In this document: positions 11,726-24,335 of the stretch, piece by piece | Position numbering within the stretch: the first letter of the stretch is position 1 | Layout of the letters: each line of letters begins with the position of its first letter | From: Callorhinchus milii | Lineage: Eukaryota | Reading direction: 5' to 3' | NCBI RefSeq assembly: GCF_018977255.1 | Contig: NW_024704743.1 | Coordinates: forward strand, 105,898,001 to 105,962,000 | Length of the DNA stretch: 64,000 bases | Notes under the pieces: generated by a model | Told to the model about the DNA's origin: nothing | Seen by the model: only the letters and a program-made list of their open reading frames with translations | The model's database searches: none | Program-made: the position numbers and the translations under genes

Positions 11726-12819
11726 CTGACATGAGATTGTCCTCCGAGACTGTTAACTCCTGGCAGGATCAGAGGCTGCATTCATGCCTCCGTTTGGAAA
11801 GGAGAGTGCAGAAGGTCTGGGGAATGGAGATGTATGAAGGATTGACAATGTGTTCAACAGCTACACTGCTTGGAAATGCCATTTTTTTTATTTAAAGAGG
11901 CATTTCCAGTCGTCTGCCTGTTTGCATCAGTGCTCGCTGCTGTTGCTATGGCATGTCGTCAACAAGTTGTATAACCACTGCAGGAAGAGCTTTGATTGGA
12001 TGCTTAGCGCAGCTTTTGTCCATTTCAACTCTATTTCCTTACATTGTGACACAGACATTCAGTCTGGCGATGGGGAATCTACTCCAAATAGTTAATGATG
12101 TCAGCAAAGATATGAAATCTGCAAACACACGGGAAGGGCTTATTACATTTCAGATTGAACTGTATGAGTAGAGCTTAAAGCAAGAGCAAAGAAAGAACAA
12201 AATGACTCGCTGTCACTCACAGAAGCTTTTCTTATTACAAATACAGAATGAAAGCTGATTAAATCTGTCAGCGCCAAGGAAAGAAATGGAGGTGTTGGAA
12301 ATAGTTATGGGTAGAAATGAACTAATTCAGCACAGAGCAGAGAGTGAACCTGGGACCTTTCTTTGGTTTCGGTGGCTCGGATAGTCACAGAATAAACTCA
12401 CTGGGAGAGCTTCTCATAAATCCTATTTATCATGATGAAATCACAGATGTCGATTTAATTTAGGCCAGGCAACAATGTTAGAAATGCTTCATAATGTGCC
12501 ACAGCTACTATGTCAATTAGTGCTGCAGTTCTCTAGATGTTGAACCTCTAATCTCAGATAGCCTGCCAGAAGTAGGCGCTTCCACACTGAGAGAGGGAAA
12601 AACATAACCCAACAAGGTAACCCACTCCACTCTGATAAACCTTCCCCAGACAGTCTGAAACCTGGAATCAGATATCAGCTCTCACTCACCTAAACTGGGA
12701 ACTAGGAACCACAAAATGTCACCTGGATTTAGCCTTAACACCTTGGTCTTAAAATAATAATTATCTTTACGTTTGGTATAGTGTCTTTCATGTCGGGAAG
12801 ACATTTCAAAGCACTTGCC

Positions 12820-13110
12820 TTTCCATCTCTGTTCTACTGCTTGTTCTTCATTTCCTCAATCCTCTTAACTTTCAGCCACTATGGCCTGACTCTCTACAAC
12901 TCTACCCCAATCATTTCAATGTGGCTTCTTTTCCTGCATTCAAGACCCTCTTAAAAATGTATCTATTTGACCTTGCCTTAGGTCAACATCCTGAAACTCC
13001 CTCTACTTTGTGCCCTATTCAATCATCCACATTGTCTATGTAAATCACTTTAAGGAGCTATCTATCCTATGTGAAAGGCGTTATATAAGTACAAGCCGTT
13101 GCTGTTGTTT
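12820..13110 (+). mobile_element. Degenerate L2 3' end
   Basis: ttcagccactatg..ttcaagaccctcttaaaa..tttgacc..gtgaaaggcgttatataag..gttgctgttg. Confidence 0.6.
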
Positions 13111-13949
13111 ACATCAATATTTTCACAGGACATCGCAAAAGATTACACAGGATAAGTTAAGGAACTTTTCTTCACTGCTGTTTCATAATCTATATTTATT
13201 TTGGCAACCACCGAGTGAGGAGAAAATCAGATCTGATCCCTGCTTGCTTTACTGATTCATTGTGTTCAATACCAGACCGAACTATTGATTTCAGAACCTT
13301 CCTCTGGCTCCACCTAAAGACTCTGATCTCAGCAACTATTGATCTGAAGTCCTTTTCACCAACACAGTGTTCGATTTACACTTCAGGTATGAATTCACTA
13401 TTGTATATTAAAGCAAAGACATCATCTAAGGTGAAAGGTCAGGTTCCCAAACAGCAGAAATGTCAGGAATATTGCCGTGGCTAAACCTGTGTAACAACCT
13501 GAGGTCATGGCCAGAAGTAAGCTGTGCTTTCAGACGCATGGTTGCTGATGAGCTCCAAGAACAAAACTGAGTTGTTGCATCTTGTTCCGCGAGACCTCCA
13601 ACTCTTCTGGCAAATATTTACCAATCCCAGGCCTGGAACAGTGGATTACCTCTTTTGATGCATTTACAGTGACTCTCAGAAGCTTACTGGAACCCGCGAC
13701 TGACCTGCTTTAGATATGTTTGTGCTGTGTGTTTACACAGACCACCTAGACCTGCTTTGACTTGGAATGATTGGGCAAACTTGCTGGAAAACAGGTTACT
13801 CCCTTCTGCTCTAAAAAGAATGTGGCACTTGGGACTGTCAAAGCTAGATAGAGTGGATAACTAGCAGCATTGGAGCTACTGAGTCATTCACAGTCATATC
13901 AAAATGCATAATAATAATACTATAAGTATAGTAACTATTATATGGGTGA

Positions 13950-14175
13950 ATGAGGCAGTTGATTTGCACACAGCATTATCCCCCAAACAGCCATGAAGTG
14001 AATGACCTTTTTCGTGGGGAGGTCGGGGTTTGTTAGTTAGGACAGAAACTCCTTTCTCTTTTGGAATAGTGGCAAGGGATCTTTAATGTCCACCTGAACA
14101 GGCAGATGGGACCTTGATTTTATGTCTCATCTGAAGTACGGTATCTCTCGACAATGCAGTGCTTCCCAGTATGGG
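13950..14175 (-). mobile_element. Deu-domain SINE fragment
   Basis: gggatctttaatgtccacctgaacaggcagatgggacc is the reverse complement of the Deu core seen at 49175-49215. Confidence 0.75.
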
Positions 14176-14907
14176 GATTTTTATTACTATCATTATTATT
14201 ATTTTCATCCCATTATTAAATAATAAAAATCTTGCTGATGTTGAGTGCACAAGGAATTCACTGAACTGGGTCCGGTAGGTGATAGAGTTCAACGTCTTGT
14301 ATCAGTGAGGAGGGGTCGGTCGGTGCCTGGTGTATTGCAGTTTACACAGAGAGGTGAAGTGAGAGGAAGTCAGCCACCGTGAATAAACCAGTGCCCCTCC
14401 CAGAACCAACTGAGCCATGGAGGGCAGGTCAGAGACCAGGACGGGTTTCCTGGATCCCTTATCAATGAGATATCAGAGCACTACAGAGAGGTCACACCAA
14501 GGGCATGACATGGAAAGCCTCTGAGTCACTTTCAAGTCACTGACAAAAAACAATAGCACAGAGGCTTGAGGCCTTAACTTTGTTTTAGTAATGTCTAGCA
14601 CAGTGCTAAATAAACGGCCGCTGAACACTACGATGGCAGAACCCCACTCACCCAGTACAATCAATCCACTTACTGAGCCTCATCAGGAAGTTAGCTCCCA
14701 AGTTCAAACCCCGAGTAAATGAAAGGAGCTTTTAAATCAAAGTCTCACCACAGGAGGGGAGAAAAATGTTTATTTTTACGTGTAACATGATTCTGTGAGC
14801 TGAGGAATGGATAGGGAGTGGTTTGAAGACATGCTGGCACTATGTACGTGTGTTCTATTTATAGAAATATATTGCACCATGGAACTGAGACATAATAAAT
14901 AATGATA

Positions 14908-15224
14908 ATGTGGAGTCCTGTAGCTCAGTGGTTAGAGCACTCGCTTTGCAAGCGAGAGACCTGAGTTCAATTCCAGGCAGGGCGAAACCTTGCGCAAGTT
15001 TCCTTACTCCACACGCCTAATAATAATCCCTCCAAAACCAAAAACAATAATAAATTGGTCATTTTCAATCTACGACTGTTTGTGGGACATTGCTGTGCGC
15101 AATTGGTTGCCGCGTTCACCCACAAATGTACAGTCAATTCACTTTACAGTGTGTTCTGTGAAGTGCTTTGGGACATCCGCCCGACGTGAAAAGCGCTATA
15201 TCAAATGCAAGGATTATTATTATT
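14908..15224 (+). mobile_element. tRNA-Ala(TGC)-headed SINE with L2-type tail, full length
   Basis: A box tagctcagtgg, anticodon arm ctcgc-tttgcaa-gcgag, B box gttcaattcc; near-identical to 42523-42840; (tta)n tail. Confidence 0.93.
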
Positions 15225-15574
15225 TTTTTATAATAATTTTCATATTTCATATAGCGCCTTATCATGTCCACAAAATGTATCAAAGCGCTTCACAGGATTT
15301 TACTGTGAAGTGCATTGACTGGCTTTGTAGGCAAAGAAATATTAGAAACACTAAACATAAAACATTGGATCCTGATGTGTTTTTTTGAGAATGTATACAG
15401 GATATATAGCTTAGTTATAGCTGTACACTTGGAGTTTTAGGTACAATGGAGTCTCAATTACAATGGAGTCTAAATTACAGTATGTCTTAATGGATTCAAT
15501 TAGTAAGACATTCACAAGATTATAAGATTGGTTCGGATGAAAAATGCCCTTTGACCCATTTGATCTCCTCCTTC

Positions 15575-15895
15575 CAACTGTTCCAATGTTAGTGAGTTCA
15601 AAATGAAGGAGCATGAACAAAGATAGCCAGTTGCAGATCTCAAAGGGAATTTGGGAAGAACTTCTTTGTGCAGCAGGTGATGAGAATGTGGAACTCACTA
15701 CTGCTAGCTGTAGTTGAAGCAAAAGCATCAATGATTTTAATAGACGGCTTGATACGTAGATGAGGGAGAAGCGAATAAAGGGTTATATGGGTGACGGAAG
15801 TAGGAGAGGTAGAGATTCATGTGGAAAATAAACACTGGCTAGTTGGGCCAAATGGTTTGTTTCCATGCTGTATCATTCCATGTAGTATATGTATT
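15575..15895 (+). mobile_element. CR1 3' fragment
   Basis: aagaacttcttt..caggtgatgagaatgtggaactcacta; 3'UTR gggccaaatggtttgtttccatgctgtat. Confidence 0.8.
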
Positions 15896-17559
15896 CTTCC
15901 AATCACAGCTGTGTTTTTTAAATTGATTCAAGGTGTTTTGATTTCATTAAGAAAACACATTGGGGACAACTTCTGGGAACTTGGAAATACGTCACACAGA
16001 TCAGGGGAAATAGACTAGGCTGGCTTCCTTCGAGTCAGCATCATGGTCTTCGTAATATTTTATTTAAGAAATTCATTAAGAAGTCTTTCAAAATTGACCC
16101 ATAGTATTCTTTTAAAGCAGTAATTCATTACAATTACTTAAAGGGACCAGTGTTTTAGGTTGTCTGAAATTTTGCTTACAAACTACACAGTCACTTCACT
16201 TTACAGTAAATCACGTTAAGTGGTTTCAGACGTGCTTCTGATGATATCAAATGCATGAATTATTATTATTATTAATTTGTAACCCTCAGCGGAAGGGGTA
16301 CCAGTTGTCACTGTCTTCACACGACCCGCAAAGTTTTACACTCCTGTCACAAGTTTACTTCAGTGGACGGGTGTGGGGTGGGGGGGAGTGGAAGAAGTGG
16401 TGGGAATCATCAATAGTCATTGACTATGGGATCTATCCTCGCAGACTGTTAAAAATAGTAATCGTTTTGACTGTAAGTGACAGTTTACCATTAGAAAGCG
16501 CAACCAAGATTGCCATTTTTAGCGATTGGCACACAATAGACCCTAATGATTGATCCAGCTTCATGTAGCACATACACTTGGTATGAAGAACAAGATCTTG
16601 CTGATCTGAATGTCCAGCATCACATTCTATGGTGCATTTACTGACTAACTCATCAGGGAGCTGGACTGATGATTCCATTTGACTAACACATTAATGACTT
16701 TACAGAGCAGTTATAGATACTCTGTTAATGACTTTATCTCTTGAGTCACCTCTTTCAAATTGAAAAACAATCACAAGATAATTCACTGACCAGCAATTAT
16801 TATCTTCTGATAATATAAGATAATAAGATAAATGCTAGTTAGTGAATCTTCACGTCTGTACTCACTGCTGCCTCCTTGCTGTGTAGCCTGCTTCTGTGCC
16901 ATATAAACCTAATACAACTTTCTGAGTGAGAGAGAGAAAGAGAAAATGAGAGGAAACAGATTGCCTTCATGATATTGGGTGAAAAATGCAACATGTGATA
17001 TAATACCGATCACTAGTGATAAATATCGCATTTTTGAAATTTGCTATCAAAACCATTGATAATTATTGACCAGCCACAGTAAATAATTTAATACAGCACC
17101 TTTCAAGTCGAGGAGACCTGTTAAAGGCCTTCACAGGATTTTACTGATTAATATAGTGACTGTATATTGTAGGCAGATTTATGGAATGAAAGAACTAATT
17201 TCATAAAATGAAAGATATAACCAATGAAGCCTGGTGAATGATGGGCATGTGGGTAAGGATGTGAGCAGTGGAATTTTATATAGAAACAAATAAAACGTTG
17301 CTCTGTTTCTAAAATTCAAATGGCCGTCATTACTCAGGGTGGGTGTTGTCCTGTACATACCATCAGAGAAAGTTGCTAAAGAGGATGTCTGTGGAGAAAT
17401 GGAGAAGAATGAAAAAGGGTAACAATGGTGAAGGTCGTGTGAAAGGGAACACATGGCACCAGGGACTGAGACAACTTGCATGACGGAAGTGCTGTACAAC
17501 GTCTGGGACAAATTTACCAGGGGGCTGGGAGTTTCAGGTGGGTTCAGCTTATGCCTGGC

Positions 17560-18115
17560 TGAAGGTAATTGCTGTGTTTCACCTCCTTATACCAGGATCT
17601 TTCAGAATTAACATCTTGTCAGAATCACCACTAATGCCCACACGATTGCAACACTTCTCCACCACTTTGCTTGTATGGGGGGGTGGGGGGGGGGAGATGG
17701 GGGGGTGGTGGTATATTGCACTGTGTCAATTTCACAGACTCTCAAAGCACCAACAGAGAACAACAGAAGCCGCTCCTGGCTTCCCTCGATGACTTATGTT
17801 CAGTCAGCTGTACCCACGACCCCATCTGTGTAACAACTATGAATATGCTTGCTTTCCGCAACAGGAAAGGCTTCCACTCTATTAATGTGCAGGTGGGAAT
17901 CAGATGCCAGAAATATCACTGCGGGATGTGTGACAGTTTCCCTGTCAGCTCCCATGACTCATTTATCCTTCAAATGTGGACTGGGCAGATTTTTCGAAAG
18001 AGAAGACCCTGGTGTTTGAGTGGTCAGAATCTATGGATCCTAGGATCTGTGTTTGTTTCATTCGTGCAGAACAAATACTGTCGTCTCAAGAGTAGCTTAT
18101 GGTGGTGCCTAGACC
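17560..18115 (+). pseudogene. Decayed PIF/Harbinger (HARBI1-like DDE) transposase
   Basis: Ordered motifs across frames: GSF, PGFPR, CTHDPI..AFRNRKGFHSINVQ, PVSSHDSFILQ, LKSS..CLD, matching GFP..IDCTH, NRKG.HS.NVQ, PGS.HD, LK.RF.CLD of Harbinger transposases. Confidence 0.85.
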
Positions 18116-19059
18116 AAATTCCCAAATCTAAACACCAGAAACTGATAACTAGGGGGTGGGAGTGGGGAGAAAGGACTGACACACACGGCTGTCAGGCATG
18201 GTTGTAAATATACACTTGGTATTTTAGAAATAATGAGGTTGGGTCTAATCTGTGGTTTTCTAAACAGATTCCTTAATTAGAAATAGATTTCCTCAACATG
18301 AAATATAAGTGGAGATTCCTTGCCGTAGATGGAAACACATAAACTGAGTTGGAGTAAAGTCACCAATGCACATTGGCATCATGAACTTTAAGAAAAAGCG
18401 CAATATCGAATCAAGTACCCTTAAGGATTTCCACGGAAAGAGGAGGGGGAGATGGGGGGAGAGGGGGCAGGATTATCACATTACGTCTCAGAGAGACTGT
18501 TTGAATAATTTGTTATTTGTTGCATCCTGCACAACATGACAAGAATGCGCAGTAACAGAGGGCAACAATGACAAACAAATGGTGGAAGCGAATGGCTTAG
18601 GTGGTGCAGCTGCCAGGACGGCCACAATGTTATCATCGGTAACCATCTTTTTGGGAGGGAGGGAGGAGGAGGGTGGGGGAAGGGGTGCCTGAGCACTAAA
18701 CTCACTTGTGCGAGATGCATTGATCAGGCTGACAGCTCCATGTTGTTCACACACCCTGCATTTGCTGGATCGCCTGAGGGCAGAAGTGCTATTCATGGAC
18801 AAACGTCGCTTAGAAAATATTGCTGTCTGTAGAGAGGGAAGTGGAACTTAATGGTTAAGAGGAATAAAACAAAAGGTGCTAAGTGTACGAGAAATATTCT
18901 GAATATTCCCTGCGTGCATAACGCTCTGGAAAATTTTCAGTGCGCAAACTAAAAACAAAAGCATATTTCTTTTAGAAAAATATAAATAGTTATTAACTTC
19001 AATCAATTCATTCAGATTGTACATTGACAAAATGAACAGAGGTAAAATTAACAGCCTCA

Positions 19060-19445
19060 AAGTCAGAAGGTTGTATGTTCAAGATCTACATTGAGCTCAC
19101 AGTCCACCTGCAACTTTAATGCAATGCAAGAGGAGTGCTGAATTGTTGGAGGTGTTGTTCTTCAGATGAAACATTAAATCAAGGTTCTGTCTGTTCCTAC
19201 CTATTCAGGTGGATATTAAAGATCTCACGGTACAATTCAAACTGGGAAGGGACTTTCTCCCAGTATTCTGACCCACAATCCTTCAGATAGAATTAGTTAT
19301 TCATTTCATGGCTGTTTTGGGGGCATTGCTATTTGCAAATTGGTAGTTGTATTTGCTTACAAAATGCACAGTTACTACACTTTACAGTAAATCCTGTGAA
19401 GCATGTTGAGAATCTCAATGACATGATAATGCAAGCATAATTATC
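19060..19445 (+). mobile_element. Deu-domain SINE (SacSINE1-like)
   Basis: agtcagaaggttgtatgttcaag head remnant, caggtggatattaaagatc core, ttacagtaaatcctgtgaagc tail. Confidence 0.75.
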
Positions 19446-19664
19446 ATTACAAAATACATTTGAAACAAATGTTCATTTCACACATCAGCAAAAAAATATT
19501 TATTTGCAGACAATTCTATTGAAAAGAGTAAGGGAGAGGAAAAGATTAAACAAAAAATAAAAAACAGTAGCGTGTTTTTACAGTGTTTTATCGGGTGGAA
19601 ATGTCAGAAGGCAATTATTGTCAAGTATAGTGACTGATTTTCTCAGCATTTTGTTTAACATTTT

Positions 19665-20647
19665 TGAACCCCCTCCACATCAACTCGCCACTCCTGTCGC
19701 CATTCCCTTGACCTCGTCATCACACACGGCCTTGACATTTCTGACATGAGACATTAAATCAACGTTCTGTCTGTGCCTACCTATTCAGGTGGACATTAAA
19801 GATCTGGTCAATCATGGACAAAGCTATCTAGGACCACTTTCGCATCTCCCTCTCCTCCCACATCCTCCTACCCTCTTCCAAACCCTCCACCATTTTTTTC
19901 CACACTTGGAAAAAGTTTCCCCCTGAGTCTCTCATCAATACCCTCTCTTCCTTGGACCTCCTCTCCCTCTGGCCCTCCATCCGCAGTGATTCTGATGCAG
20001 CCATTAAGCTGCTGAATGACTGTCTCCACAACCGTCAATTCCCTGGGGGTCCAGTTTGACCCCCAGCTGTCGTTCCTCCCCCACATCCGGTCCCTGACCA
20101 GGAACACCTTCTTCCACCTCAACCACATTGCCTGCATCCGACCGCACTTTACCCCAAATGTAGCCAAAACCCTCGTGCATGCGATTGTCACCTCCTGCTT
20201 GGATTACTCCAACGCACTTCTTGCCGGTCTCCCCAGCTCCACCATTCACAAGATCCAGCTCATTCAAAACTCTGCCACCCGCATACTGGCCCAGACCAAA
20301 CTCCATACCATCTCACCAGTTCTGGCCAGGCTCCACAGGCTCCCCATCACCGAACGGATCAACTTCAAGATCCTCATTCTTGTGTTCAAATCCATTCACT
20401 CCCTCATACCTCCCTACCTCTCCAACCACCTCATTCCCCAATCCACCACCCGGCAACTCTGCTCGACTGGCACCGGTCTCCTGCTCATCCCTCGCACCCT
20501 CCGCCCCATCATTGAAGTCATGCTTTCAGCCACTATGCCCCAAAACTCTGGAAAACTCTCCCTCAATTCCTCCGCCTTGCCCCTCTCTCCCCTCTTTCAA
20601 ATCCCATCTGAAGACTTTCCTTTTCAACTATATTTACGGCCACATAA
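19665..20647 (+). mobile_element. L2 LINE, internally deleted (endonuclease end joined to ORF2 C-terminus), 3' tail missing
   Basis: 5' part reads LDLVITHGLDI..IMDKAI*DHF (APE SDH region), then jumps to LGVQFDPQLSF..LDYSNALLAGLP..FKSHLKTFLF; no (gtt)n end. Confidence 0.85.
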
Positions 20648-22286
20648 CGATTAACAAAAGATTGAATAATATTAAACCCAGTGGTGTTGGGGCAGTCAAG
20701 AGAGCAGATCCAGCACCTGAAATCTGGAACAAAGAGACAGGTGGAGGGTCCAATGGGAGCACTGAGTAGGATGATGGCAGGTGGATAGTCCAATTCAAGG
20801 ATTATTCAGTTCTATTATTATCTGACTGGAAATCCCTCGATATACTGGACATGTGCAATGCCAGAACTGGATTCCACAAAGAAAAGTGTCAATTTTAGAT
20901 TTCCCACAATCTACTGGCTTGTTGATTTAACGCAACCAAGCGATACGGTAATAATAATCCTTGTATTTGATATAGAGCCTTATCAAGTCTTTGAGATGTT
21001 GCAAAGCCCTTTACAGGATACACTGTAAAGTGAATTGATTGTATATTTTGTGGTATTACTGAAAATTGACACTCTCTGGTGATACACATTAACCATCTGT
21101 AACAATTACGTCTTGCTGGCATGTGTTGACCTTTCACTTTGACCTTTGATGGGCCACTATTTCTCAACCAACTTCAGGGAGCGTTTGTTTAAAGAAAAGT
21201 AAGTAATATAGTTTATTTCTACATATTCAAGGGAAACTTAACCACACCTGTTCTCCTCAGGCTTGTTCACATTTGTCATGTACTAACACTGATTTTTAAA
21301 TCAAACTGTCTCACAAACCAAATCTCAAAATGTCCGTTTTTACATGCGGAATCTGGTCAAGTGATTTCAATTGACGACACTGGCCATCTCCACATCCACT
21401 GCTCTATCTGCCCCACCATTAGTGGGCTGGGACACTGTCAACCACTTGGCATTTGCTCTCTGGAACTCAATTGCCAGGTCCCTCTGACTCGCTCACTCCC
21501 TCCACGCTTTCAAAATACACTTCAAAATGTATGTCTTTGACTGCGCTTTCAATCAACTTTCACTTCTTTCTCCTCTCTCAGATTCCATTCTCAGCTCTGG
21601 TGACCATCCAGAATTGTCAACCAGTTTGGGACATCTTCCCAACTTGAAACGTGCTACATAAACATAAATTGTATTCAACCAACTAAACGACACCGATAAT
21701 TCAGCATCATTGGGACAGAAACTGACTTAGTTTACTGTTTTCACATCCACATGATATTATGCTCTTTCATAAAGGTGAAAGTTTTCTTCTTAGTACACTA
21801 TCTATCTCAGGGTCGAGTGTGCAGTGTAAAGTGTGCCTTAAAGCATGTATTGGGTAATGAAGAGGCACTGAATTCAACAGAGATGAGACAAAATCACAGT
21901 GCTATCACTGAAAATGATAGGAAGAGAAGAAATTGCTTCAAACAAGAGATGTAATTACCAAGTAAAAAACAGAGGGATTAGAGGATATGGGGATAGGGCA
22001 GATAATTAGTGTTAGGCCTGAAGATCAGCCATGATTTTATCGAATGGCGGGGCAGGCTCGAGGGGCCGAATGGCCTACTCCTGCTCCTAATTCTTATGTT
22101 CTTATGTTCTTATGTAATGGGTAACAGATCAAAATGGACCAATGTTCTGAGTAGCACTCAAATGCTTTCTTTGCAAAGATTCCCCTTAATAGCACTGCCA
22201 GCACCAAGCGAGGATATAGCTAAATATATTCTTGGATATAATGTGATCATGTAGTTAAACTATTGTCAGCAGTAAAATAGAGGAAG
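20648..22286 (+). repeat. Duplicated segment, copy 1 (paralogous to 36624-38177)
   Basis: Colinear high identity from cgattaacaaaagattg to gaggaag, including non-TE sequence; ORFs 21751 and 37794 are obvious paralogues. Confidence 0.96.
21966..22114 (+). mobile_element. CR1 3' end with (TTCTTATG)n tail
   Basis: gaatggcggggcaggctcgaggggccgaatggcctactcctgctcc + ttcttatg repeats; absent from copy 2 of the duplication. Confidence 0.9.
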
Positions 22287-23939
22287 GCAATTATTGTCAA
22301 GTATAGTGACTGATTTTGTCAGCTGTTTACCACCGGCGAGGTTGCACAACCAGCCATGAGGTGAATGATCAGTGCTTTCTCTATTCAATATAATAATAAT
22401 CCTTGCATTTGATATAATGTCTTATCATGTTGCCGAACTATGTCAAAGTACTTCACAGGATTTACTGTAAGGTGTATTGACTGTGTATTTGCTGGTAAAT
22501 GCCAGTGAAATCTCAGACTTAATTCTTTTTTTAGACTTAGGAAGTTGTGAACACTTGCAGAGAATCCCTGCTGTTGACCTCTGTCCTGTGATTCCTGATC
22601 AGTAGCATCCGATGAGCAGGATGTCCTCTTAAGATAGCTGCAGGTGTATGACTGGAAATATAAAGGACACTAGCAAGTCTTGCCAGCGAGTGTAGCTTCC
22701 TTCAACATCCTGCTATTAGTTACTGAGAATAATCTGTCCTCAACATATTCTGAACAGTTCTGGCCAGATTCCACTAGCTCCCCATCACCAAATGGATCAA
22801 CATCAAGATCCTCATACTCATGTTCAAATCCCTTCACTCTCTGGCAGCTCACTATCTCTTCGACCTCCTCACTCATGCTAGGCGTCCCTCGAACTTCAGC
22901 TCATGGTCTATGCTGACATTACGCATTCCTGGGGTAGTCGATGTTTAAAGATCCCTGGATACTTTTCGAAAATTGTTTCTAATTGATTTTAAAGCTGTTT
23001 GATGCTCTGATGGTGAGAATGGTAGGATTGGTGTTCTGGAAAGATGAGATTGGATAGGCCAAAGGGCCTTCTTTATCCAAATCAATCTTGTGATCATGTG
23101 AAAAGACAAGGGAGTTTCTCCTTATGTCCTGATCACCACACCCCCATATTAATTGTTCATTCACCTTGGGGCTTTTTGTGTGACCTTGCTGGTGCAAACC
23201 AACACCATGTTTGCAAACGAAAACAGTCACTTCATTTAACAATAATAACCTATAAAGCTCGCTTGGATTTGTTGATATGATAAGATGCTATAAAAAAAGT
23301 TCTTTCTAACTGTTTTAGCTTTTTCTCTCCTACTCATTTCAGCTTCTGTGGTGACGTCTACAATGAGCTTTTGCCCTTCATCTGGACTTTTCCATATAAA
23401 AAATACTTACTGGTAGAATTGAAATGTGCAAAGTCTTTTGAAACATTTGTATATGAGGTATTATTTCAAATGCAAATGTATTATTCATTTAGCTTGTCTG
23501 CAATTTGCCCATTTCTTTTCAGAGAGCTGCTGACATGCACGTAGCTTTTTATGAGAATCTAGTTCCTCGGCATATTTTTCCCCAAAAGTAGAGTTTGTCG
23601 TCACTAATCAATCAGTTATGAATTCCCTATTTTCTATGCAGAAAATAAATTTGCACAGAATTTCTTATTAACATACAGTTTATCTCCTTGGAATTAATAT
23701 CCTGCATAATCTGTAACGTCACTTTCAAAATGTGCAAATTATTTTCTTGTAACTTTTTACATCAAACACCTTATTGTGATGTTGCACCTTAAATTCCTCA
23801 TGTCCATTATTCTTTCATTCTTTCTTACAATCTGACTGTTTAACCCAACAGTCAGTCACCCTCGTCTGGATATTTTGTATGAAAAATAAATGAATGAAAG
23901 CAAATAAAACTGCTAGTATATAATATTCAAAAGTGAAAC

Positions 23940-24335
23940 ATTCTCATGGCATCTACCCTGTCAAGACCCTTAAGAATCTTATAGGTTTCTATAAGATCAC
24001 CTCTAATTCTTCTATATTCTAGAGAATATAGGCCTAGTTTACTCAATCTGTCCTCAACCCCTTCATCCCAGGAACCAACCTAGTGAATCTATGCTGCACC
24101 CCCTTTAAGGCGATTATGTCCTTTCTTAAATAAGGAGACCAAAACTGCACACACTATTCTAAGTGCGGTCTCACCAAGGCCTTATACAACTGCAGCAAGA
24201 CTTCCCTACTCTTGTAACCCTTTGGCAACGAACGCCAACATGGCATTAGTCTTCCTAATTGCTTACTGTACCTGCAAACTAACTTTTTGTGACTGGTGTA
24301 CAAGGACACCCAAATCCCTATGAACACTAACACTA
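23940..24335 (-). mobile_element. CR1 ORF2 fragment
   Basis: ggagaccaaaactgcacac..gtgcggtctcaccaaggccttatac is the reverse complement of YKALVRPHLE.CVQFWSP. Confidence 0.85.

Noticed and set aside
14912..14985. tRNA-Ala(TGC) gene (also at 42523)
   Set aside because: Continues directly into a SINE body and tail, is multi-copy, and has an imperfect acceptor stem; it is a SINE head
21751..21954. Paralogous small ORFs at 21751 and 37794 as a gene family
   Set aside because: Similarity is explained by the DNA duplication; stop positions differ and no coding signature is evident
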